Notes under the pieces: generated by a model | What the model saw: the letters and a program-made list of their open reading frames with translations, nothing else | The model's database searches: none | What the model was told of the DNA's origin: nothing | Translations under genes and position numbers: made by a program | Part shown: positions 9,881 through 22,179 of the stretch, one piece after another | Position numbering within the stretch: position 1 is the stretch's first letter | How the letters are laid out: each line of letters opens with the position of its first letter | Source: Nemertoderma westbladi | Lineage: Eukaryota > Animalia > Xenacoelomorpha | Assembly: GCA_032718475.1 (NCBI GenBank) | Contig: JAUCBJ010000895.1 | Span: 1-57,373, forward strand | Length of the DNA stretch: 57,373 bases | Reading direction: 5' to 3'

Positions 9881-12021
9881 TGTTACGGTATATGGCGCTG
9901 TATCCACATTATTAGTCATTATGCAGTATGCAATATTAGTCCGTTATGCAGTATGCAATATTAGTCCGTTATACTGTACGTAATATTAGTCCGTTGTGCA
10001 GCATAATATTTTAGATAAGGCATAATAACGCAGTGGTATTTAGATAGGGAAATCGAAACACCCATATATTTGAATCCATCCATTTTGTATAATATGTAGC
10101 CCTACCTACGTAATTTTGTATTAGAGGATATATGTAGATAGTTCCAGGGTAGCAAGTTTATTCGGACCCTGGATTTTGTGCTTGCTGATATTAGCATCAA
10201 TAGGGCTAGCATATAGGGACGCTGTCCTGGCCATTCAGCAGCCAGGGACGTGAACCATTACCATATATGGTAATAATTCGAGGTTTGGGCAGGCAATAGG
10301 ACTACAATCCGGCCTCCTTATTGGACTAACTGCTTCCAGGTTGGTCTAATGCTAGCACGGACTGGAGAGCCAATAGGAGAGCGATTGAGTCACCCTATTG
10401 CATCACCCCATCCGGATCACCTATAAATTGGCGGTGTGCCGGTAGAGCCTTACTGTTATCCCTCACATGATCTGCTATCACCTTTGTACTTGCTGAGGTG
10501 TCTCTATTCATTTTTGACGGATTTTAGAGTATTTCTGCAATTTGATTAATTTCTTGGAATGATTTGCTAGTGCGATTACTCTTGATTGTGTTTCTCAATT
10601 AATTCCTTCGATTACTGCTAATTACAACTGAACTATGATTTCTACCTTTTGATTAATGGTTCTATGTGATTCCTTTCTGCGCAATAATCCTAAGGGATTT
10701 CTGAGACTGTCAGACTTTGTGATTTGCATGCGCCGCTACGGTAGCTATTACAGTATTAGCATAATGGAGGGCTAAGGTGCCAGTAGGCGGTGGGCACATC
10801 GGGGGGTTGGGCGACTAAGGGAGAGCGGAGGATTCAAAGGCGGGCAGGCAACGCTGGCGGGGGTCAACGTTGTGGTCGGGCAATTTGGACTGTAGGTTGG
10901 AGACCGCTCGCCGGTACAGTAATTAGGGGGCTGATGATCCAAGGTTTTGTCTCTATTTAGTATTAGGGGGCAGGAATTGGGTTAGTTAGGAAGCCCGGGA
11001 GGGGCCTGCATACCTCACAGTAAGTAGGTAAGTACGTAAGTAAGTTGCGAATTATATAATTGCAGATTGTATAATTGCAAGTCGTGCTATTGTGATCCGT
11101 GATTGCTGACTCTGATTGATGTGTTACTAAAGTGTGCCTAAGATTACGAATGCTTAGATAGGCGCTCTTTTCCCTTTGATTGATTTCTATCTCTTAGTTT
11201 ACTGTAAATAATTACTGATTAGGTCAAAGTAATACAGTATTTTAGGCTGTTACATATTTGTGACTGTAATTAATTAGTAAAATTAAGAATTAGTACGCAG
11301 CATAGCGGAGAGTAGCTAAGGTAATAATTAGAGTACCGTAAACTATTCACGCTGAGCGGTTATTTGAATTAGCGGGCAATAAACTAGATCGCAATAGTTA
11401 GTACGCAAGACACTAGTGAATTGCTGGCCTAAAGCCAGCTGCAGGCAAGTTTAGACCCAGAGCGGTATCACCCACGAAAGACATTGTACTGTACCAATTT
11501 TGATTTATTTAAATATTCTCGCATTCACACATTTCGTTAGGGAACCCTCCGTATTCGCGATTAGAAAAGACGTAGGCATTAGCGTACTTCAACAGTAGTA
11601 AAATTAGGCGTAAGAATATACTCTGAGTGCAAAGCCCCTCGCACTCGTCTTAAGTAAGCTTAGGGAGCCGACTCGGGTTTATTGTTTTGGTTATTCCCGC
11701 GTGGCTCATAGATTCGAACAGTTAGCTCTCTATCGAGCGATCGGTAGAGAAAGGAACAAGCGATTTTGCAGGAGCTGTGTAAATTTAGTAAAATATATTA
11801 GCGGACGGCAGATTAGCGCCATCCAACGGTAAGTAGCGGTTTTGTATTTAGCAACCCTTACAATTTAGTAATAGCACGCTCCTGATCCCCTTTACTTAAC
11901 AGTAGAGCAGTCTTTGTGTCTTATTGGTTAGGCGAGAGCTCATTAGGTTGGCAGAGAGGTATACGGGTATTTGTCTGTTCAACAGTTCTGCTGTTAGTAT
12001 AGGTGTCGCGGTTGTTTAACA
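9881..12021 (+). repeat. Putative 3' LTR of the BEL element (about 2.14 kb)
   Basis: TGTTA...TAACA inverted termini, preceded by the purine tract; TATA-like CTATAAAT at about 10421; composition changes after 12021. The 5' LTR is not in the window, so the boundary cannot be confirmed. Confidence 0.7.
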
Positions 12022-12986
12022 GAGTCCATTGATTTTGCTCAAATTACGTGCAAACCTTTTCTACTGTAGGTCAATGCTCTTTGAACAGAATTATTAAAAT
12101 GTAAGAAATTCCACCAAAAATATTTTGTTTTTACCTTTTTCCCCGGGAAAAAAAGTAAAATCAATGCCGGCCGATCATATGGGTTACTTTTTTCCCTAGG
12201 GAAAAAAGTGCAACTTTTCTCCCGATTTTGGTTTAATTTTGAGCGAAAAAGTAACAATTTAAGAATAAAATACATTATATACACACTCATCGATTAATTC
12301 TATGAGAATAAATCAGTAACAAATATTAAAGTAAAGCGCGATAAATTTTCAAATAATACAGTTAAAAACTGTTTCTAACTAATACTTAAATATAATAACT
12401 GCAAAGTAAATTACTGGATATGGATAAATGGAATGGCGTAAAACAATTTTTTTACTTTGTAGTTTTATTAACTTGAGTCATTGATCTCCAAAGGAATCCA
12501 CTGACTTATAGATCTAACTCATGAAGTGGCTTCTTTGCCACGTTTTGCAACGGATATACGAGCCGATCGTATTTTTACGTCTCTTGATAATATAACTAAA
12601 TCATCGATTCTAAACATTTTCCACGCGCAACGTGGTAAACTTACCCGTCATTTCAACCCTATTCACACAAACATCCACAATTCACAATCACGCTACTAGA
12701 TCCCCTGTACTAGATTACTGTCCACGCAAAATTCATTAAAATACAGAGGAACTATTATATGGAACCCACTGGAATGGAAATAAAACAATGTAAGTCAAAA
12801 CACTCATTAGCCAAAAAATTAAAAATCTCAATACGAAATAGCCTTTCACTACCAAAATAATAATAAATCGTTTCGAATTTACACATTTGCGACAACTTCG
12901 AATACCTAGGAGTGGTACTCTCTACCAAGAATGGTGCCGGAAAACATTATTCACACCTACGTAAGAAAGGTATTGCCTGCTGCGCT

Positions 12987-13494
12987 CTACTACTACTACT
13001 AGGATCGGCATGCTGCATTGCAGCTGCATTTTTAAGAATGCTGTGCCGGCTTGTCAACAAAATTGCACCGCCACAACTCCCTATCACCCATGACATTTGC
13101 TAGATCATCCGCATCTTTAAGGCCAGTGTCCTTTAAGATGCGTCTCAAGAAAGTCATGGGCTGTCCACCATGCTTATTCACTCCATGAGGCTGCCAAAGT
13201 ACAAGATTATGCACTAGCTGGTCCTCACGGCGAAAGCAATGTCCTGCAAAGCGGAGGCGATTTTGTTCTAGTGTCAAGCTTGGGGGAACCAATGAGACAC
13301 CTCCAATGTTATATAGTGTCTGGTTGGAGATGTGTGCATTGTACTTGACACAATGTACCCGGCGTAGCATTCTTGTGAATGTGCCATCCAGAGATTTGGT
13401 GTCCTCAGCAGTTAGAGCCCAGCATGGACTCCCATAGAGGAGTACTGGAACTACTGTTGCTCTAAATAATCGAACCTTAAGTTTCCGATTAATT
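12987..13494 (-). mobile_element. 5'-truncated RTE-clade LINE fragment (3' end)
   Basis: Near-identical reverse complement of 40921-41420, including RLRFAGHCFRR, the 3' UTR and the (TAG)n tail. Confidence 0.92.
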
Positions 13495-15845
13495 TTTGAT
13501 CATTTTGAAAGATCATTTTTTGGACTAATAAATCAAGTGAACTACGCATTCTCAATGACTGATACATTGTCACCATTTAGGGATCTACTAAAACTAACTG
13601 TAAAGTTTTACTGGGATGAGCAGCTTCAAACCTTATTTGAAAATACGAAATTAGAGATAATCTATAAAATTCAACATGGTGTTCGAATGTTTAATCGTAC
13701 AAAAATTACTTGCCTGGCCACTGATTGGTTGAAAGATGGCATCGGATTTCTCCCCACCAAGAAACACTGTGGTTGTGAAGTCATAAAACCAAATTGCTGC
13801 TGCGATGGTTTGAAACTTATCCTTGCAGGTTCAAGATTTACAACACCAACTGAAAGCAGGTATGCCCCTGTAGAAGGTGAGACATTATCAATTATTTATG
13901 GCCTTGAAAAATCAAAGCATTTCATATTAGGTTGCAAAAAACTAATAGTTGCAACTGATCACAAACCCTTAATCTAAATATTTGGAGATAGGGAACTAAA
14001 GGACATCAGCAATCCGCGGCTCCTTAAATTAAAAGAAAAATCACTCCTGTACAGCTTTGACATCATCCATGTCCCAGGGAAGCATCAAAATGGCGCGGAT
14101 GCCATGTCAAGACATCCGACTAACACCGATGATTCATTTAAAAGTATAGTTTCCTTAATTTTATCATCAATAAGGATTTCCGAGCAAGAATCAGAAAACC
14201 ACACAAATGATGATATTGACATTATGGAAACAACTGCCAAATTTGCATTACATGGTGTAGATGAAATACAGGCAGTTACTTGGCAACGAGTACAACATGA
14301 GTCATCAATAGATCCCACCATGGCTGCTCTGAAAGAATTAATTTCACGCGGCTTTCCAGCCACAAAAGAAGATCTCCCAAACAATGTAAGGGAATATTTC
14401 AAACTGAGGGACGATCTGACAGAATGTGATAGTGTTATTATTTACATGGGTCGAGTCATGATACCTCAAACACTACGTCGTGGAATCTTCGAGGGCCTCC
14501 ACTCCGCTCACCAAGGCGTTACTGGAATGACTGCCAGAGCTGCTACATCTATATTCTGGCCAATAAATCTATTCGATATATTAGAGATCGGTGTAAAACA
14601 TGCAACACCATAGCACCATCACAACCAGATGAATCCCCAGTTATATCCCCGCCCCCACAATACCCATTTGAACAAATGTGCGCTGAAATTGCCAAGTAAA
14701 TGGTGCCAACTACTTAGTGAGTGTTGACAGATACTCTGGATGGTTATCAATAATTTTTTGTGGAAAACATGGCACCGATACTACCTCCTTAATCCGTGAG
14801 TTGAGAAAATTATTTATTACCTTTGGTGCACCAAGGGAAATCGCAACTGATGGTGGACCTTCATTCACATCAAATGATACACAGCGATTCTTACGCAATT
14901 GGGGAGTGTGGCACCGTCTCTCTTCTGTGGCTTACCCACATAGCAACTGTAGAGCAGAACTCGGTGTTAAAACTGCTAAGAGATTGATCTACGAGAACAC
15001 AGGTCCGCATGGCACACTGGACAACGATAGAATGGCAAGAGCATTACTGCAATATCGTAATACACCACTACAGGATATCAATTTATCTCCTGCACAAATT
15101 ATATCCGGCCGACAACTCAAAGATTTCCAGCCAGTTCGTGAAGGAGACTTCAAGAGAAGTAGCTCTAGCTAGAAGACATATGCGGGAACTCGAGAGATTG
15201 AATGCCCATACACAAGAATTAAAACCATAACAAATGGGACCAATCCGTATTGGTCCAAAATCAACGTGGCAATTTTCCAAACAAGTGGCAAAGAATGGGA
15301 ATTGTTGTAGAAACGAAGCCACACAGACAATATCTGGTACGTATGGATGGTTCAGGATTAATAACGCTTAGAAACAGGAAGTTTCTGAGAAAGTGTACCA
15401 CAGTCGCCAATCCACCGTATCCTGACCCCAATACTGAGATACCACCAACCCACCTAGTTCCAATTCAAGATTCCTGGAAGGACATCACTAAACCAAAATA
15501 TTCTGATTCTCTCAAAAACAACGAGACTCTCACCAAATTAGATTCGGAAATCCGCCACAATCAAATAATCCCAGAGACACTAAACTTTCCTGCCCAGCAA
15601 CATGTTACCACACAACCAAACTGTCAATCAGACAGTGCATCCACCCAACCAGATACTACTAAGGGAAGCCAGGATTCTACATATACAGTACAACTAAACA
15701 TACTCCAGAATCGACCGACGTCGGCCAGGAAACAATCATAAGGCGAACCGAACGGGCGAGGCGACCAACCCGATTGTTTAAAGCTTCAATGACTGGCAAA
15801 TATCACAATTGGTGACTTGGGGGGGGGGGGGGGGGGGGGGGGGGA
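13495..15845 (+). pseudogene. Decayed Ty3/Gypsy pol (RT connection, RNase H, integrase), ending in a G-run polypurine tract
   Basis: RSFFGLINQV; RNase H (ATDW, SRYAPVEGE, TDHKPL, NGADAMSR); integrase (HSAHQG, VDRYSGW, TDGGPSF, SNCRAELGVK); several stops and frameshifts; long G run at about 15819-15844. Confidence 0.9.
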
Positions 15846-16034
15846 TAAACAATAATCTATCTATACCAACTCTTCAGTCATTCACCTTATTTAGACATTC
15901 AGCTGGACTGGTCAGATTAATAGTGCTTTATTATATACTGTATGTGTGGTGCGGGGTTTATTGATATCTTTTTAGATCATTATTATTATTTATCAGAATA
16001 CTATTGGTTCACGGTCTTTGACATAAGTGACCAT

Positions 16035-16400
16035 TATTACCGTAATGTGTGTGTGTGTGTGTGTGTAGTGGGTGGGGTGTGTGTGTGTGTGTGTGTCCAG
16101 AGCGATATCTCAGTTATTTATTAATCAATCGAAACAAAATTTGGACAAAAGTTAGATATAGGGATGGCGAAGGCTCATACAAAAAATTGGGTGTCGAGAT
16201 GGTATTTGTGCGATGTGAGCGCTATATTTGCGTGTTTTCGCATGGTTTAGGAAAAAGCTATCTTGTCATAGGGAACGCAATGAATGATTCTGATATTTGG
16301 CATGGAGGTACCTGAATTATTTCTAAATCGATTAACGGAGGCCGATTTTTAAATTTGGACCTACATTATGACCTAATTGAAGATTTAATTAAGGTAATTA
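16035..16400 (+). mobile_element. Possible non-autonomous Helentron/DINE-like repeat with (TG)n microsatellite
   Basis: (TG)n tracts followed by CC...GATATCTCAG...AAATTTGG, a layout reminiscent of DINE/HINE-type elements; no termini defined. Confidence 0.3.
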
Positions 16401-18137
16401 ATTAGCATTAGCAATTACCAATACTGCAGTACCGGTACTGCAGTCCTGTAGGCCCTAGACTGCTAGTACTGTCTGATTGTCTGCCTGTAGTAGGCATACC
16501 GGACCGGTACTACCTGACCACTGTAGGCCTATCTGCCTATCTTCATACTGTCATAGGTCAGTACAGCAGTAGGTCCTAGCCTAGCCCTAGCAGTAGATAG
16601 CTAACTTGTACCGGTGTCCAGTATGCCGAAGAACTGTGTTTTGTTAATGGTTAGCATCTTAGCACTATGCACTACCTGCTAGCATCCAGCATACTGGCAT
16701 AGCAGCAAACTGGCAGTACCAAGTACCGGTACTTCTGACTGGCAGACTGGCATAGCATTTCAGTTTATTATTATCCATCAGGTAGGCTATGCCTGGCTTA
16801 AATATAATATTTCGCCATGTTCGCAGGCGACTTCGCACTGACTACCGGTAGGCCTATGCAGCTATGCTATGAGATTAACCGTCCAGTCGTTCAGATGCAT
16901 ATGGTACCGGTACCGGAACGGGTTACGGTTTAATCCTGCATTTGTCAATTACGACAATACCGGTACGACTTTGAGTACCGCTGTACCGGTACGCGGTAGC
17001 CTACCGTTACCGGTTGACCGGTAGGCGTAGGCGGTAGACCTACGGTGCGATGGTAGCCCTGTAGCCGCCGTAGGTGGTCGTGGTAGGCTTACCGTACCGG
17101 TATAAATGTTGGCGGATGGCGGGATGACGTCGTGTGGCGCGTAATTACTTACCGGTTGCCGGTAGACGCCTACCCAACTCGTAACTGGTGGTCGTGGTCG
17201 TGGTGGGATGAGCATGAGGTCGCCTACGATGGGAACAAGTGAAAAGGAAACATAGGCCTACCCGAACGAAAACGTACCGGTCAGCCGCCAGCCGGTACCC
17301 GAATACTGGGTACGTTTCGACAATGATGTATCGGTTATTATTATTGTACTGATTAAGTAGGAGGACCGTGAACCCTCCAGGCTTGCCAGCTTGTTTGCAT
17401 TATTGTTAAATTATCAAGCAATTTGTCATCAAATTTTATACTACTCCACTCCATTCCATAATTGTTTGAATTTGATATTTAATTTTTTAAATTTAATAAA
17501 ATGTAATAAATTTAATTAAAATTTAATTAAAATTTAATAAATTTTAATTATTTTTTTTAATGTTTTAGAAAATATTATCTATTCATTTTAAAACAAATGA
17601 TGTTCTAGAACAATAATTTTTGTTATAGAACATTTTATTACACCATTTTATTACTCTATTTTATTTTTAAATTTTGTTGTTAATTATTAAAGTTGAAAAT
17701 CTTTAGATATGCCTACAACAAATTACCATGGTATGGTACCCTACAGTACAAGTGAAAACGTCACTTGCTAGTAATGTTGGGTTGGCTAGTGTTCTTTTTA
17801 ATCGGTTTGCGAAAAAAAAAATATTTTTTTTAAACATACGGTTTATATTTCAACAATAAAATATCGTACGATATAAATAAAATGTTGGTTGTCAGGATTC
17901 AGTGCATAGGGACACGAAATTCTTCATTCGTTCCATTAATTAATAATAGACTTCGATTTACCTAAAATGGTTCAATCTCAACAGAGTACTCGTCTATTAA
18001 AATCATCCTATGTTCGAATTTTGAAAAGCCTCGCACATTAATCTTAAAAGGTGTTAGGTTACACGCAAAGTTTTTTTTGCAGGGCAATACCCAGAGTAGA
18101 AAAAATGATTACTTATTATTTTTTCTTATGTGTTTAG

Positions 18138-18293
18138 ATTTGCAAAGCAATTACAAAGGCAGTTATGCAGTCAGGTGGCGGTGCAGTACTTCACCACATT
18201 GAGGAAAAAATGAAGGATTGGCTAAAGCACTCGACATCCAGGAAAATGGAAGGAGAAAGGAAGAGTGGACAGGGTCAGAATAAAGATAACTGA
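18138..18293 (+). pseudogene. Orphan terminal exon resembling the C-terminus of DUF4806-type transposon-associated proteins
   Basis: Pyrimidine tract and TTTAG acceptor, then ICKAITKAVMQSGGGAVLHHIEEKMKDWLKHSTSRK...*; the I..AV...IE..MK.WL.H...R pattern was recognised by eye. Confidence 0.4.
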
Positions 18294-18564
18294 ATAAGAA
18301 TATAAAAGATTAAGATACTATAGTATATTATACAATGTATTAATTAATAGGACTATACACTTCTATAAGGCAATATTTTTGCCCTGATTTATTGTAATTA
18401 GAAATTGAAAGGGCATCATATTTTGTACGGAAATGTTAAATACTCTTCATAATGTTGGGAATATAATCTTTGTTTAATTCTTTAGCTGCAATTTTTATTA
18501 TTATTCGTATATTGAGTTTAATCATCCACACCTGTCCTTGACGTAGCTTGTTGAGAGAGCCACA

Positions 18565-18635
18565 AATGCCGAATTGGCCCGTACTAAACTTATAAAACTC
18601 ATTTTTATAAGTTTAGTACAGGCCAATTCGGCATT
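18565..18635. repeat. 33-bp inverted repeat (1 mismatch, 5-nt spacer) followed by GTCCGTCCGTCTGTCTGTC
   Basis: AATGCCGAATTGGCCCGTACTAAACTTATAAAA / TTTTATAAGTTTAGTACAGGCCAATTCGGCATT. Confidence 0.9.
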
Positions 18636-19392
18636 GTCCGTCCGTCTGTCTGTCTCAATCTTTGGCATCAATAATTCAACAACGGCTCGTTATGAAAATG
18701 TTTCCATCGTATTTTTAAGAATTACAGCTTATTTCTCTCAGATCAAGATTTTCAATATATACTTATCAAGGTTTACTGAGTATTAATTCATGGTACACAG
18801 TGCCTATTTGGCCTAATTGTACTAAAACTGTACTGTATGCTGAAGTTGTCAGACTTCATGTAAGCTATTATATAGTCAATACCAAGGCGTTCTAAACTGG
18901 TTCAAATTTGGTGTTTCATTTTACAAATTGAGTTCATTGACAGTTGAGCTCCGATTCAAATGAACGCAACTATGACGTCTATTTAGTCGTACTATAACAA
19001 TTTCTGAACCGAATTATATAATGCTTAAAAATAGTTCAAATAAGTCGTTCAACAATGGGTGATAGCTACATAATCATACTCATCAACAGATACGCCACTA
19101 TTATAGAATAAAGAACATCTCGATAATAAAGTATTTAAATCTGTCAAAAATACACTTGCATAAGCAATATTCGCCATTCCGTTTATTAGCCTACCCACAA
19201 AACCCTAAGTCTACTAATAATACAAATTATATTATTATAATAATAACACGGCTCTTCAGTACCTACAGCTACACACAGGCAGATATGGGTGCTGTTCAAT
19301 TAAATATCCCGGCATTTGCGGTTTCATTTCCTTGTGCAAGTTTATGGTGTGTACTTAACGAATTCAGACTTTACCGGTAACCGGTACTATAA

Positions 19393-21035
19393 ATGGGAAA
19401 GTGCAAATTCTGTGGAAACTTCGAAAAACGATTGAGAAACGGTGGAATATGTTCCAGTCCTGAATGCACAGAGAAGCTTCGGACACCTCAACCAACCCAA
19501 AGAACCCAGACAGTGCCAGTACCGTTCCGAGATAGTTCTATCGGCTCTACAATCTGGAATGACAGCCACAGCACCATGATAAACTCCTCATCTTACACAC
19601 AATCAACTGGGGAATCCACTAGGGAATGGCCAATGTCGACTTCCGCTTCTACATTTCCCCTGGGGTCGATATCGGTAGACCAACCAGTAACATCATGCAG
19701 TCGACTGTCATGCCAACCCATCCAAATAATTATGGGTACTATCATGGAACTAGATTTGAACCTAATCATTTGGGGGGCTCTCAACGAACCGGGTTTGGGG
19801 CCGCAGCTCCGGCGCCACCTGCCAGTACTAGCGCCAGCACCGGATTCGAATCAACTTTGAACAAGATACTCGGAGAAATTCAAAAGGTAAAAGCAGAGAA
19901 TCGAGAGTTACGAGGATGTGTCGAACACACCATGGCTGAAGTAAACCGCAGCAATAACCTAATCAAAGCCAGGATGGATGAAGTCGAGAAATCAAACACA
20001 AACCTGTATGCCAAAGTTGGTAATATGAGGGCGAAATATAAAGTACTAGAAGAAGACAACATATTCCTCTCCCGTTCTCTATCTAAGGTTACAGATTATC
20101 TTGAAGGAATAGAATATGGTAAGAGGGGAGGAAACCTAATCATCACCGGTCTTCCTCCAGATCAATCTGGCTCGGTGGATGACAGCGCGGCGGTTCATAA
20201 CCTGTTAATGAAATTAGAGGTAGACGGGGATACCATAGAAGGGTGCATAGTGAAGCGCCTTGGAAAGGCCAACACCGGTACACCTGGTGGGAATCGAATA
20301 AACCCAGTACTAGTGACACTAGTGGACAAAGAAAAGAGAGATCTCGTGTTGTCCAAAGCCCCAAAGCTAAAGAATATGGGCGGAGAATTTAAAGACATCT
20401 ATGTGAAAAAAGATGTCCCGCCAGGTATCCAGCGTGTCAACAGAGGGCTGTGCAAGGTTCTTAAAGAAGAAGTTGTGAAATCGGAGAACACTGGTTGTAA
20501 TCTCTCGATTGATTGGACGAAACGAGCCATTATCAGGGATGGTCTGGTGATATATCGCTCAGATTGGAACCTTTCTTGAGAAGTGACCGTATAACAAAAC
20601 TAAAAATTGGAACCTGGAATATAAACGGGGTAGGAAATAAACTAGAAAATAACGATATATTATCTTTTGTTTTACAGTTCCACCTCATGTGGATAACTGA
20701 ATGCAAGTGTGGTACAAATATAGAAATTCCAGGTTTCAAAGTAATTAGGAGTTTGTGTTCAAATGGAAAATTTAATAGGGGTGGGATTATTTTACTGATA
20801 AGAAATGATATATATGATTTAATTAGTACTATTGAATGTGATGATGATTATATACTTGTAAAACTCATTGGTATACCGAACTGTGTGTTTTTGTAGGTGT
20901 GTACATCCTGCCGATCAGCTCGCCGTTTTACCATTGTAATATTTTTAGGAAACTACAAGCATTATTAATGAGAGAAGAACAATTAATATATGCATTTTAG
21001 GCGACCTAAATGCACGATATTCTAATCCAACATGT
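19393..21035 (+). mobile_element. APE-type non-LTR retrotransposon (CR1/L2-like), 5' half only
   Basis: ORF1: N-terminal CxxC...C...C, a frameshift, a coiled coil, then GNLIITGLP...RLGK...PVLVTL...IYVKKD. Overlapping ORF2 starts with APE motifs IGTWNING, ITE, GGIILL, GDLNAR; no RT follows. Confidence 0.85.
19626..20579 (+). CDS. LINE ORF1 (coiled coil plus RRM-like domain); N-terminus probably in ORF 19393
   Basis: Heptad coiled coil followed by KRGGNLIITGLP, typical of L1-type ORF1 RRM domains in CR1/L2 elements. Confidence 0.75.
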   Translation: MANVDFRFYISPGVDIGRPTSNIMQSTVMPTHPNNYGYYHGTRFEPNHLGGSQRTGFGAAAPAPPASTSASTGFESTLNKILGEIQKVKAENRELRGCVEHTMAEVNRSNNLIKARMDEVEKSNTNLYAKVGNMRAKYKVLEEDNIFLSRSLSKVTDYLEGIEYGKRGGNLIITGLPPDQSGSVDDSAAVHNLLMKLEVDGDTIEGCIVKRLGKANTGTPGGNRINPVLVTLVDKEKRDLVLSKAPKLKNMGGEFKDIYVKKDVPPGIQRVNRGLCKVLKEEVVKSENTGCNLSIDWTKRAIIRDGLVIYRSDWNLS

Positions 21036-21272
21036 CTGTGACAGGATCCTAAGATCCCGACCGGGTTAGATTTGTACGCGTCACCGTTCTGCTGGGCAGT
21101 TGCACTGGGTCGGTTCGGCCGAAGGCCGTCGGGGAAAATAATAGAGTTTTGATTCTCAATGTTTATAGGGTAATAAGTAATACGGTAAATCAGTGATAGC
21201 ACAGATATGACAGCAGAAAATACACGGTAATATATGATGTTAGTAGCGGTGACGGTCATTAATTATGACCGG

Positions 21273-22179
21273 TGTCACAAGGAAATCAGCCCCCCCTAGA
21301 ATATGCCCCCCGGGGCATTATTTCCTAGGATATTATGTCCCCCCGGGCAATTTTTCCTAGGAAATTTAGCCCGGGGGGTCATTTTCTCCTTAGGAAATAA
21401 TGCCTCCCCTCAGGAAAATTAGCCCCCCTCAAAAGTCTGAAAACTGGTACGATACCGGTCTGCTGGTAGCCACTTTTAATCTACCAACTGCAGAACTTGT
21501 AATAGTTGGAAGAATAGTACGGTAGCGGTGTGCCGGTAGGTAAGCAGGTAAGGCAGTAAGGGATGTAGAACAGCATACTGAAGTATCTAAGTCAGTAGGC
21601 TACTGTAGTAAGTACTGGTATAACAGCAGTGCGAGTGTGTGGTGTTGTGTGGGCGCCGAGCAGCTCCAAGCTTTTTTAAGTCTGTAACCTGCTCCTTTCC
21701 CTGATTTGGTAAAGTGATTGTTTGTTTTGGTTAGAAAATCCCGCCTCTGTAACCTGCTCCTTTCTCTCAATTGGTAATGTTATCGTTTATTGTTTTGGTT
21801 AGAAAATCCCGTCTCTGTAACCTGCTCCTTTCCCTGATTTGCTAAAGTGACTGTTTATTGTTTTGGTTAGAAAATCCCGCCTATGTAACCTGCTCCTTTC
21901 CCTCAATTAGTTAAATGATCGTTTATTGTTTTGGTTAGAAAGGCCTGCCTCTGTAACCTGCTCCTTTCCTTCATTTGGTAAAGTGACTGTTTATTGTTTT
22001 GTATAATTTTTGTAAGTTTTAGTAGTAATAAGTTTTGTTTATTGTATAATTCAGGGGGGGGCATAATTTCCTAAGGGGGGGCATTTTTTCCTAGGGAAAT
22101 TTGCCCGGGGGGGCATTTTTTCCTAGGAAAATATGCCCCCCCGGGCACATTTCCCGGGGGGGCATATTTTCCTGTTACA
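21273..22179. mobile_element. Non-autonomous Ginger1-like DNA transposon (MITE)
   Basis: CCGG|TGTCACAAGGAAA ... TTTCCTGTTACA|CCGG: TGT...ACA termini, a CCGG duplication on both sides (the target described for Ginger1), and about 150-bp imperfect TIRs built of CCTAGG/CCCGGG subrepeats; no ORF. Confidence 0.8.
21681..22000. repeat. About 68-bp tandem repeat (4-5 copies) inside the Ginger-like MITE
   Basis: Repeated TCTGTAACCTGCTCCTTTCCC...GTTTATTGTTTTGGTTAGAAAATCCCGCC. Confidence 0.9.

Larger units (their letters stand above)
1..12021 (+). mobile_element. BEL/Pao LTR retrotransposon (5' end lies upstream of the window)
   Basis: Domain order gag - protease - RT - RNase H - integrase with BEL-type motifs (YYLPHHYV, KVRLVYDCAA, SLNSELMDGPNL, FYMDD, FSDAS, NPADITSRG, GVDCFGP, YSDKGTNF, FWEYWREYYL). 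A purine tract precedes TGTTA at 9881 and TAACA ends at 12021. Confidence 0.95.

Noticed and set aside
12125-12215. Short palindromes (TTTTCCCCGGGAAAA, TTTTCCCTAGGGAAAA) as a MITE
   Set aside because: They resemble TIR subrepeats, but no termini or TSD could be defined.
15846-16030. 3' LTR of the Gypsy element
   Set aside because: The sequence after the G run does not begin with TG, and no partner LTR is available for comparison.
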